Source: Candidatus Enterousia sp. | Lineage (GTDB): Bacteria > Pseudomonadota > Alphaproteobacteria > Rs-D84 | Direction: 5' to 3' | Assembly (NCBI GenBank): GCA_045592905.1 | Contig: JAZNVR010000024.1 | Location: forward strand, 1,528 to 65,527 | Length of the DNA stretch: 64,000 bases | Shown: positions 1 through 8,432 of the stretch, piece after piece | Numbering within the stretch: the stretch's first letter is position 1 | Layout: each line of letters starts with the position of its first letter | Made by a program: the position numbers and the translations under genes | The notes under the pieces: generated by a model | Database searches by the model: none | What the model saw: only the letters and a program-made list of their open reading frames with translations | What the model was told of the DNA's origin: nothing

Positions 1-1569
1 GCTTTATGGGTTCTTGCACTGCCGTTAATGGGCTGTACAACTGTGCCAACAACAACAAATGATGACAGACTAAATAACTATAATCCAAAAATTACAACGG
101 TGGATTTTAATTATAACCCATACAAAACCCCAATCGCACAACCATATATCAATGAATTAACACAGCAAACAAATATATCTGGGGCAACATTAATAGAAGA
201 CGGACTGTCCGCATTTATTATACGTTCTGCATTCGCACGTATGGCCACAAAAACAATTGATTTGCAAACATATATATACAGTAATGACTTTTCGTCCAAG
301 GTATTAATCGGTGAACTTAAAAATGCCGCAGACAGGGGCGTAAAAGTAAGAATACTGCTGGATGATTACGGAACCAAATCTGATATCGTGGATGTTATGC
401 TGCTAAATCAACACCCAAATATAGAAGTAAAAGTATTTAATACTGTACAAAATCGTTCAAAACTGCTGTATTATCCACAGTTTTTAACAGACTTTAATCG
501 TCTAAACTCACGCATGCATAACAAATTGTTTATCGTTGACAATATCGCATATATCACAGGCGGACGTAACGTGGGCAGTAATTATTTCTATCCAGAAACT
601 GCATCTAATTTTTCCGATACAGACGTTCTGTTCTTGGGCGATATGACAAAGTATGCAACAAACAGTTTTAATGAATACTGGGAACATCATTTGTCTATAC
701 CGGCATCCGTATTCCCAAAGGCAAAATCTAAAAAAGCACTGCGAAAACTAGAAAAATCGTTCGCAGAACTGGAACAAAAAAGTAAAGATAATATCGCATT
801 GTATAACAATATTATCAATATGGCACAACAAGAATATAAAAATAAAAAAATGGACTTTAGTTGGGGATACGGTAAATTCTTGGCCGACCCACCAGAAAAA
901 GTTGAAATGACAATGGACGAAAAAGAAGCATATCGTGGCGATATCGTTCGGGCATTACAACATCTGTGGAAAAAAACAGAAAATTCTGTTTATATGTCCG
1001 CTGCGTACTTTGTTCCCGGCCAGGGGGGACTGGAACATATCTTGCATGAAGAAAATTCTGGCGTACATATGACAATCGTTACAAATTCACTGGCATCAAC
1101 AAATGCACCAACTGTATATGCAAAATGGGAAAAATACAGAAAACAATTGATTAAATCTGGTGCAGATGTATATGAATTCATGGTGTCCGCAGAAAATCTG
1201 CGTGGCAAAAAACATGATCGTGAAAGAAAACAATCCAGTTTTTCTGTACTGCACAGCAAAACAATGGTGTTTGATGACAATATTTCATGGATTGGCAGTT
1301 TTAACCTGGATCCACGCAGTGCATATTACAATACAGAAAATGTCGCAATATTTGAAAGTAAAGATTTCGCAACAAAATTAAAACAAATGATTATCCAAGA
1401 TACAGAAACATCGTGGCACGTAACATTGGATAAAAATGATGCACCTGTCTGGACAGGCAGCCGCCCAGACGACACAAAACCACAGGTACATAAACACGCA
1501 CCAGACACAACAATATTCAGACGAATATGGAAAACATTGTGCAATCTGGTACCTGAAAAATTCGTATAA
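1..1569 (+). CDS. Phospholipase D superfamily lipoprotein (two HKD motifs); 5' end outside window
   Basis: The frame is open from base 1 (ALWVLALPLMGC = end of a signal peptide with lipobox-like LMGC), so the true start is upstream. Two HKD motifs: HNKLFIVDNIAYITGGRN and HSKTMVFDDNISWIGSFN. Confidence 0.85.
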   Translation, partial: ALWVLALPLMGCTTVPTTTNDDRLNNYNPKITTVDFNYNPYKTPIAQPYINELTQQTNISGATLIEDGLSAFIIRSAFARMATKTIDLQTYIYSNDFSSKVLIGELKNAADRGVKVRILLDDYGTKSDIVDVMLLNQHPNIEVKVFNTVQNRSKLLYYPQFLTDFNRLNSRMHNKLFIVDNIAYITGGRNVGSNYFYPETASNFSDTDVLFLGDMTKYATNSFNEYWEHHLSIPASVFPKAKSKKALRKLEKSFAELEQKSKDNIALYNNIINMAQQEYKNKKMDFSWGYGKFLADPPEKVEMTMDEKEAYRGDIVRALQHLWKKTENSVYMSAAYFVPGQGGLEHILHEENSGVHMTIVTNSLASTNAPTVYAKWEKYRKQLIKSGADVYEFMVSAENLRGKKHDRERKQSSFSVLHSKTMVFDDNISWIGSFNLDPRSAYYNTENVAIFESKDFATKLKQMIIQDTETSWHVTLDKNDAPVWTGSRPDDTKPQVHKHAPDTTIFRRIWKTLCNLVPEKFV

Positions 1570-1570
1570 T

Positions 1571-1600
1571 AAAAAAACCGCTCAAAACGAGCGGTTTTTA
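1571..1600. terminator. Bidirectional intrinsic terminator between PLD and NUDIX genes
   Basis: CCGCTC-AAAAC-GAGCGG stem-loop with an A7 run before and a T5 run after. Confidence 0.75.
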
Positions 1601-1606
1601 TAATTG

Positions 1607-2095
1607 TTATCTTGTTCTTTCGTCCGCGATAATTTGTTTTATTTTGGTTAATTTGTTTATGTTTTTAATTTCTTTTACCAAAAATTCAGGACGAAAATCT
1701 AGTTCTTCAAGTTTATCAATTCTGTGCCATTTAAACAGATATTTTTCGCCTTCTATACCTACAAAGATGCCTTCTTTTTTGAACAAAGGTGAATTTTTTG
1801 GTAATTCTACCAAATAAGAAAAGCCTAATTCGTGGTATGTTTGTTGATTAAGTTGAAAGAAATTTTCAATAATTATTTTTAATTTTCTTTTGCACTTTTT
1901 AATTCCCAGTTCTTCTTCTAATTCTCTGGCTATGGCAGAATCTGTGCTTTCCAACATCTCTGTTCTGCCACCTGGCAAAAGCCAGAAATTACGGTCTTTG
2001 ATTTGATGGATTAAAACAAATTTTTTTGATTTGTCTAAGATAATAGCAGAAACGCGGAAGTTAAATTTATTGTTTCCGTCTTGGTAAGAAATCAT
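1607..2095 (-). CDS. NUDIX hydrolase
   Basis: Nudix box GGRTEMLESTDSAIARELEEELGI; ATG at 2093-2095. Confidence 0.8.
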   Translation of the reverse strand: MISYQDGNNKFNFRVSAIILDKSKKFVLIHQIKDRNFWLLPGGRTEMLESTDSAIARELEEELGIKKCKRKLKIIIENFFQLNQQTYHELGFSYLVELPKNSPLFKKEGIFVGIEGEKYLFKWHRIDKLEELDFRPEFLVKEIKNINKLTKIKQIIADERTR

Positions 2096-2373
2096 CGCAC
2101 CGCTCCATATTATTAAATAGGTGAAGTTTTACTTTATTGTAATGTATAAACAACCAAAGTAAATATAATTATTTAATGATTATATGGGCGATTGCCGTAT
2201 ACGCACGCTTAAATTTAAGTCCCGTAAGGGATTCAATGCAAAAAGCAACAAATGAAATATTTAAATTATCTGAAAAATAATAATTACGAAAACATATAAG
2301 ACCAAACGAAAAGTGCGAAAAACGGCGGTTTTCTGACTGTTATGTGTTCGGGTAAGAGCAAACGGTAAAAAAT

Positions 2374-2400
2374 AAAAAAACCGCAAACGCGGTTTTTTTA
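2374..2400. terminator. Intrinsic terminator after plsX
   Basis: ACCGC-AAAC-GCGGT stem-loop flanked by an A-run and a T-run, overlapping the plsX stop codon. Confidence 0.7.
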
Positions 2401-3465
2401 TTCAGTTTCTTGTAATTTTGCACGAACGTCAGATAACGCCTTGGCACGTTCTTCAATTAAACCATTCAGGTTTGCCTTGGTCAAATCAGATGCATACTTA
2501 ATTGAATTCGCAAATGCCAGCGCATCACTGTTCCCATGGGTCTTAAACGCAAAACCACGTAATCCTAAGAACGTTGCACCCGCATATGAACGTGGATCAA
2601 TCTTATGCTTTAATCGTTTAAATACGTGCACCAAGAAAAACGCACCAATTATTGCCAATACAGATTTCTTGAAATTTTCAACAATAACACGCTTTATCAA
2701 CTTGGCAGTACCTTCTACTGTTTTTAATACAATGTTGCCAGTAAAACCATCTGTTACAACAACCTGAACACGACCAGCACTGATATCATTTGCCTCTACA
2801 AAACCGATGTAATCATATGGCAATTTTTCTTTATTTTCTGTCAGAATCTTGTTTAAGTGTACCAGTGTTTCATTACCCTTGGTTTCTTCGGAACCAATGT
2901 TTAATACACCCAGTTTTGGTTTTGGCATTTTGCCCACAACTTCGGCATAAACACTGCCCAATACGGCAAAATCAAATAAAACATTTTCATCACAATGAAC
3001 ATTTGCACCCAAGTCCAATACAACAACACGACTGTCCCCAGCACCAGATGGCAACATTGTCGTAATCGCAGGACGTGCAATTCCATCAATTGTCTTTAAT
3101 GCCAATTTTGACAAAGACATTAACATCCCTGTATTACCAGCACTAATAATCGCAGCAGAATACCCTTCACGCACATCTTTGATTGCCATGTACATTGATG
3201 TATCCTGGGCATGACGCAGAACATCCATAACCTTGTCTGTACCCTTGATAACATTTGGTGCGTGAATAACCTCTACATTGCGGGCAACACGTGGATATTT
3301 TGCCAGCAACTTACGTAAAATCTTTTCATCGCCAAACAAACGAAAATGAATACTGTTTTCACCATGTTGATACAAGAACTGGTTCATACCGCCCAAAACA
3401 GCATTCGGTCCCTTGTCACCACCCATTGCATCAATTGCGATTATTTTCTTTTCTTCTGACATCAT
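2398..3465 (-). CDS. plsX: Phosphate acyltransferase PlsX
   Basis: IAIDAMGGDKGP N-terminus and a PlsX-like translation throughout; classical position downstream of rpmF. Start placed at the tandem ATG ATG (3465/3462) rather than the upstream alternative start at 3495. Confidence 0.9.
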   Translation of the reverse strand: MMSEEKKIIAIDAMGGDKGPNAVLGGMNQFLYQHGENSIHFRLFGDEKILRKLLAKYPRVARNVEVIHAPNVIKGTDKVMDVLRHAQDTSMYMAIKDVREGYSAAIISAGNTGMLMSLSKLALKTIDGIARPAITTMLPSGAGDSRVVVLDLGANVHCDENVLFDFAVLGSVYAEVVGKMPKPKLGVLNIGSEETKGNETLVHLNKILTENKEKLPYDYIGFVEANDISAGRVQVVVTDGFTGNIVLKTVEGTAKLIKRVIVENFKKSVLAIIGAFFLVHVFKRLKHKIDPRSYAGATFLGLRGFAFKTHGNSDALAFANSIKYASDLTKANLNGLIEERAKALSDVRAKLQETE

Positions 3466-3540
3466 ACATAAAAAAAGCAGAACATGGCCACGCAATGTGT
3501 GCCCTGCTTCTGCCTTATTCCTTTTGTAAATTAAGTTAAA

Positions 3541-3690
3541 TTATTTTGCACCGCATGCAGGACAAACATGATGTGGACGTTTCTTTTCACCACATGTTTT
3601 GCATACACCACATGGCATTACAGACAATGCGTCATGTGAACGACGTTGTGCACTGCGTGCTTTACTTGTTTTACTTTTTGGCGTTGCCAT
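3541..3690 (-). CDS. rpmF: 50S ribosomal protein L32
   Basis: Not in the ORF track (<60 aa). The minus-strand ATG..TAA reads MATPKSKTSKARSAQRRSHDALSVMPCGVCKTCGEKKRPHHVCPACGAK, a typical L32 with a CxxC..CxxC zinc ribbon. The + strand 64-aa ORF at 3546-3740 is its antisense artefact. Confidence 0.9.
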   Translation of the reverse strand: MATPKSKTSKARSAQRRSHDALSVMPCGVCKTCGEKKRPHHVCPACGAK

Positions 3691-3755
3691 TTTTAATCCT
3701 TTTTATTTTTAACTGTTCTATTGTATTCAATTCCTGTTAATTTGCAAGTAAAACT

Positions 3756-4154
3756 TTAATCAGATATTACTTGGGCAAAAAACATACCATGATTATGCAT
3801 TAAACCAACAACCGCACTGTGATCGTCAAGCCCCATATAAAATTTATAACCCAAAGATTCCAGTTCCTTGATTTTTGCCAATTTGAATTCTGCCGTCGTA
3901 CCAGGATAATCATGCGGTTTACAGAAAATAAGTTTGTTTATATTCGGTAACAAGTTTTGAATATGATTTTCAACTTTTTCCTGCCCCATTGCCCAACGAC
4001 CTGTGATAAATACAATCGTAAAACAACAACCCAATGTTTCTAATATCTTTATCATATCATAATTAGGTTCGCCAAAACGATCATAGTTTGGTGTTGCAAA
4101 CTTTTTACAAACAACACCATCAATATCACAGTAAATCGCAGGTTTAGATTCCAT
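3756..4154 (-). CDS. Small HAD-superfamily phosphatase-like protein
   Basis: HAD motif I CDIDGVV near the N-terminus, FITGR (motif II-like) and GLDDH (motif IV-like). ATG preceded by an AAAGG RBS. Substrate unknown. Confidence 0.55.
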   Translation of the reverse strand: MESKPAIYCDIDGVVCKKFATPNYDRFGEPNYDMIKILETLGCCFTIVFITGRWAMGQEKVENHIQNLLPNINKLIFCKPHDYPGTTAEFKLAKIKELESLGYKFYMGLDDHSAVVGLMHNHGMFFAQVISD

Positions 4155-4176
4155 ATAATTACCTTTTTAGACACCG

Positions 4177-4210
4177 ACGCCCAGTGTGGCATTAATACCA
4201 TACTGGGCGT
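4177..4210 (-). other. Hairpin downstream of rpoC (no U-tract)
   Basis: ACGCCCAGT..ACTGGGCGT arms with an inner TGG/CCA extension, about 20 nt after the rpoC stop. The sense RNA continues CGGUGUCUAAAAAGG. Confidence 0.5.
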
Positions 4211-4231
4211 AATGTTTATAATTGCAGGATA

Positions 4232-7200
4232 TTAGATATCCAACAATTGTTGTTGACCATTACCTTCACGTGCCAAGCGTTCTGCCTTTTCTTCTTCTTT
4301 GGCAATTTCACGAACACGACGAACGTATGCACCTGTTCCAATTGGAATCAAACGACCAACAATCAAGTTTTCGTTGATACCAACCAGTTTATCTGTTGAA
4401 CCACTGATTGCAGCGTCAACTAATACTTTTGTTGTCTGTTGGAACGATGCGTTTGAAATAAATGAACGTGATGTCAATGATGCACGTGTCAATCCAACCA
4501 AGACCTGAGATGCAGTCGCTTGTTTACCGTTATCACGTGCGACACGTGCGTTTTCTTCTTCAAAATCAACACGATCTACAACCTGACCCATCAAGAATCC
4601 TGTATCACCCGGATTTGTAATTTCAACACGACGTGTCATTTCACGTATTAAAATTTCAATGTGCTTGTCATTAATTACCACACCCTGCAGGCGATAAACT
4701 TGCTGGATTTGTTCAACCATAAAGGTTGCCAGGGCTTTCTGACCCAAGATACGTAAAATATCTTGTGGTACAGGATCACCATCAACCAACTTTTCAGCCT
4801 TTTTCACAACATCGCCACTGCGTACCAACAGGTTTGTACCCTTTGGAACCGCATATTCAACAGGTGCTGTGCCGTCTGTTGGTTCAATACGGATGATAAT
4901 TTTATTCTTTGCATCTTCCAGTTCAACAGTACCATCAATTTCTGCCAATAATGCAGGATTTGTTGGACGACGAACTTCCAATAATTCATTAACACGTGGC
5001 AAACCACCAGTAATGTCACCTGTACGTTTTGTTTGAACAGGAATACGTGCCAAAATATCACCGGCAACAACATGGTCACCATTGGCAACATTCAACACAG
5101 AATAGATTGGCAATAAATATTCTGCAATCTTCTTTCCGCCCAGTGAAATAACATTGCCCTTGTCATCAACCAAGGTAACTGCTGGTTTTAATGCTTTTTT
5201 GGTATTTGTCTTCCAGTTAATAACCTTGCGTGAAACGATGCCTGTCATGGAATCAACTTCTTCTTGGTATGAAACATTTTCAACCAAGTCATTAAAGTTT
5301 ACAATACCGTCTTTTTCAGCGATGATTGTATTAGAATATGGATCCCATTCTGCAACTTTTGCACCCTTTTCAACCGCATCACCATCGTTAACAATCAACA
5401 TTGATGCATATGGCAAGTTACTGCTGAACAATTCTTTACCTTCTGCATCAACAACAGCCAGTTTGCCGTTACGGCTTAATACTACAACACGACCTGCACT
5501 GTTCTTAATTGTGTTAACGCCAGACAATTTGATTGTACCGGATACAGGTACTTCAATAAAGTGACTTTCCGCACCACCAGATGCAACACCACCAATGTGG
5601 AACGTACGCAATGTCAACTGTGTACCAGGTTCACCAATTGATTGTCCTGCAACAACACCGACCGCTTCGCCAACGTGTACCAATGCATTTCTGGACAAAT
5701 CCATACCATAACATTTTGCACACAAGCCATCTGAACAACATGTCAGAACACTGCGGACATCAACAGATGGCAAACCAGATTCATTGATTTGCTTTGCCGC
5801 AGCCTTGGTAATCAATTCACCGGCAGGAACAATAATTTCTTTGGTAATTGGATGAACAATGTCATGTGCCGCAGTGCGTCCCAAAACAACATCACCCAAT
5901 GCAACAGACAATGTAGAACCCTGATATACAGGCTTCGCTGTGATAAAGTCTGCTGTACCACAATCGTGTTCTGTGATAACTGTATTTTGTGCCAATTCAA
6001 CCAAACGACGTGTCAAGTAACCAGCGTCAGCAGTCTTTAACGCTGTATCCGACATACCTTTACGTGCACCGTGGGTAGACGTAAAGTATTCAGACATGGT
6101 CAGACCTTCCTTAAAGTTTGATATAATTGGAACTTCAATAATAGATCCGTCTGGTTTCTGCATCATACCACGCATACCAGCCAACTGTTGAATCTGACGT
6201 TTAGAACCACGTGCACCAGATAATGCCATCATATATACAGAATTCCATTGGTCGCCAGTTGTCTTACCCAACGCAGCATATGCCATATCGCCCAATCTGT
6301 CTGTTGTCTTGTGCCACAAGTCAATCAATTTGTTATAGCGTTCACCACCCGATAACAAACCGTTTTGATACTGTTCTTCAATTTCAGCAGCAGCCTTTTC
6401 AGATTCTGCAATCAGATCTTTCTTTTCTTCTGGAATGACAACGTCATCATATCCAATAGAAATACCACTGCGTGCAGCCTGTTCAAAACCAGTATTCTTT
6501 AATGCGTCAGCCAACAAAATCATTTCTTTGTCGCCACAACGTTCATATGTTGTTGCCAACAATGCCTTGATTTCACCACGTGGCATAACCTTGTTTACTA
6601 AATCAAATGGCATATTGTCGCAATCTGGTAACAATTCACCCAAAATCATACGACCAGCTGTTGTTTTGTACGTTTTACCCTTGATACGTGCAATAATTGG
6701 TGTATGTAATGTAATTGTCTTGTTTTCCAACGCTAACTTTACTTCATCCATATTGGCAAAACGTGGTGATTTGTCGCTGTGTTCACCATTTATCAACGAG
6801 ATATAGTAAACACCCAATACCATGTCCTGGGTAGGAACAATCATTGGTTCACCATTTGCAGGCGACAATACGTTATTAGAAGACAACATCAATGTACGTG
6901 CTTCTAACTGTGCTTCTAATGAGATAGGAACGTGAACAGACATCTGGTCACCGTCAAAGTCAGCATTAAATCCAGCACAAACCAGCGGATGTAAACGGAT
7001 TGCCTTGCCTTCAATCAATACAGGTTCAAAAGCCAACAATGATAAACGGTGCAATGATGGTGCACGATTTAACAATACAGGATGTTCATGAATAACTTTT
7101 TCCAAGATTTCCCATACAACATCTTCACCATTTTCAACCATCTTGCGTGCTGTTTTCAATGTATTGGCGTAATCACCCGCCATCAAACGTGCAAAAACAA

Positions 7201-8341
7201 ATGGCTTAAACAATTCCAGTGCCATTGTCTTTGGCAAACCAACCTGATGCAATTTCAGTGTTGGACCAGACACAATAACAGAACGGCCAGAATAATCAAC
7301 ACGTTTACCCAACATATTCATACGGAAACGACCAGATTTACCACGCAATGAATCAGATAATGATTTCAATGGACGACGGTTCTGTGATACCATTGGACGT
7401 GCCTTGTGGCCGTTATCAAACAATGAATCAACCGCTTCTTGTAACATACGTTTTTCATTACGGATGATAATATCAGGTGCATGCATTTCCATAAAACGTT
7501 TCAAACGATTATTACGGATAATTACACGACGATATAAATCATTCAAGTCAGATGCAGCAACGTGTCCAGCATCCAACGTAACTAATGGACGCATATCTGG
7601 TGGAATTACAGGAATAATATCAGGCAACATCCACGCTGGTTCTGTCTTGGAATCCAAGAAAGATTCAACCAACTTTAATTGCTTAATAATACCTTTACGT
7701 TTTGCTTCGGATTTTGTATCAGCCAATTCTGCACGCAGACGTGTACGTTCATCGCCCATATCCAAATTTGCGATAATGCTGCGAACACCTTCGGCACCAA
7801 TACCAACATGGAATGCATCTGCCCCAAATTCTTCAACAGCAGCCTGATATTCATCTTCACTGATAACATCGTACTGTTTCAAATTTGTTAAACCTGGTTC
7901 AATTACAATATACGCATCATATGAAATAACCTGTTCCAACTTTTTCTGTGGCAAGTTATTCAATAATGTCGCAATTTTACCTTCACGTAAGAACCAAGTA
8001 TGTGCGACAGGCATTGCTAATTTAATATGCCCCATACGTTCACGACGAACTGCAGAAGAACCAACTTCTACACCGCAACGTTCACAAACAACACCACGGA
8101 ATTTAATTCTTTTATATTTTCCGCATGCACATTCATAATCTTTTACAGGTCCAAAAATCTGTTGACAGAACAGACCTTCGGCTTCTGGTTTCATGGAATG
8201 ATAATTAATAGTTTCTGGTTTTTTTACTTCACCATGGGACCATGACAGAATTTCTTCTGGAGACGCAATTGTGATGCGTAATGCATCAAACTGTTCCTTG
8301 GTTTCTATCTGTCCAAATATCTTTTGCAACATATTGCTCAT
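4232..8341 (-). CDS. rpoC: DNA-directed RNA polymerase subunit beta-prime
   Basis: 1369-aa translation with the NADFDGD catalytic motif and an N-terminal Cys cluster; AAGGAG RBS; follows rpoB. Confidence 0.98.
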   Translation of the reverse strand: MSNMLQKIFGQIETKEQFDALRITIASPEEILSWSHGEVKKPETINYHSMKPEAEGLFCQQIFGPVKDYECACGKYKRIKFRGVVCERCGVEVGSSAVRRERMGHIKLAMPVAHTWFLREGKIATLLNNLPQKKLEQVISYDAYIVIEPGLTNLKQYDVISEDEYQAAVEEFGADAFHVGIGAEGVRSIIANLDMGDERTRLRAELADTKSEAKRKGIIKQLKLVESFLDSKTEPAWMLPDIIPVIPPDMRPLVTLDAGHVAASDLNDLYRRVIIRNNRLKRFMEMHAPDIIIRNEKRMLQEAVDSLFDNGHKARPMVSQNRRPLKSLSDSLRGKSGRFRMNMLGKRVDYSGRSVIVSGPTLKLHQVGLPKTMALELFKPFVFARLMAGDYANTLKTARKMVENGEDVVWEILEKVIHEHPVLLNRAPSLHRLSLLAFEPVLIEGKAIRLHPLVCAGFNADFDGDQMSVHVPISLEAQLEARTLMLSSNNVLSPANGEPMIVPTQDMVLGVYYISLINGEHSDKSPRFANMDEVKLALENKTITLHTPIIARIKGKTYKTTAGRMILGELLPDCDNMPFDLVNKVMPRGEIKALLATTYERCGDKEMILLADALKNTGFEQAARSGISIGYDDVVIPEEKKDLIAESEKAAAEIEEQYQNGLLSGGERYNKLIDLWHKTTDRLGDMAYAALGKTTGDQWNSVYMMALSGARGSKRQIQQLAGMRGMMQKPDGSIIEVPIISNFKEGLTMSEYFTSTHGARKGMSDTALKTADAGYLTRRLVELAQNTVITEHDCGTADFITAKPVYQGSTLSVALGDVVLGRTAAHDIVHPITKEIIVPAGELITKAAAKQINESGLPSVDVRSVLTCCSDGLCAKCYGMDLSRNALVHVGEAVGVVAGQSIGEPGTQLTLRTFHIGGVASGGAESHFIEVPVSGTIKLSGVNTIKNSAGRVVVLSRNGKLAVVDAEGKELFSSNLPYASMLIVNDGDAVEKGAKVAEWDPYSNTIIAEKDGIVNFNDLVENVSYQEEVDSMTGIVSRKVINWKTNTKKALKPAVTLVDDKGNVISLGGKKIAEYLLPIYSVLNVANGDHVVAGDILARIPVQTKRTGDITGGLPRVNELLEVRRPTNPALLAEIDGTVELEDAKNKIIIRIEPTDGTAPVEYAVPKGTNLLVRSGDVVKKAEKLVDGDPVPQDILRILGQKALATFMVEQIQQVYRLQGVVINDKHIEILIREMTRRVEITNPGDTGFLMGQVVDRVDFEEENARVARDNGKQATASQVLVGLTRASLTSRSFISNASFQQTTKVLVDAAISGSTDKLVGINENLIVGRLIPIGTGAYVRRVREIAKEEEKAERLAREGNGQQQLLDI

Positions 8342-8374
8342 TATATTTCGCTCCTTTCAGTCGCTTAAGAGTTT

Positions 8375-8395
8375 GTTAGTGGTTAGTCGTTAGTG
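8375..8395 (-). repeat. Three tandem heptamers in the rpoB-rpoC spacer
   Basis: GTTAGTG GTTAGTC GTTAGTG on the + strand, which is CACTAAC GACTAAC CACTAAC in the sense transcript. Located between the spacer hairpin and the rpoC RBS. Confidence 0.85.
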
Positions 8396-8400
8396 TTTTT

Positions 8401-8424
8401 CTGAACCCGAATAATCGGGTTCAG
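8401..8424 (-). other. Perfect 10-bp hairpin in the rpoB-rpoC spacer
   Basis: CTGAACCCGA-ATAA-TCGGGTTCAG. In the sense RNA it is followed by AAAAA, not a U-run. Confidence 0.8.
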
Positions 8425-8432
8425 ACTTCCCA

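Noticed and set aside
2096-2397. 300-nt spacer between the NUDIX gene and plsX. It contains a 34-aa ORF (MIIWAIAVYARLNL..), a TCCC-GTAA-GGGA tetraloop hairpin, and an upstream 8-nt copy (GCGGTTTT, 2325-2332) of the terminator's 3' arm.
   Set aside because: No RBS for the mini-ORF, no convincing promoter, and an 8-nt match is within chance. No SRP, 6S or RNase P signature strings were seen. Not enough to call an sRNA or riboswitch.
3546-3740. 64-aa + strand ORF
   Set aside because: It is antisense to a clear L32 (rpmF) gene and has a His/Cys/Phe-rich nonsense composition.
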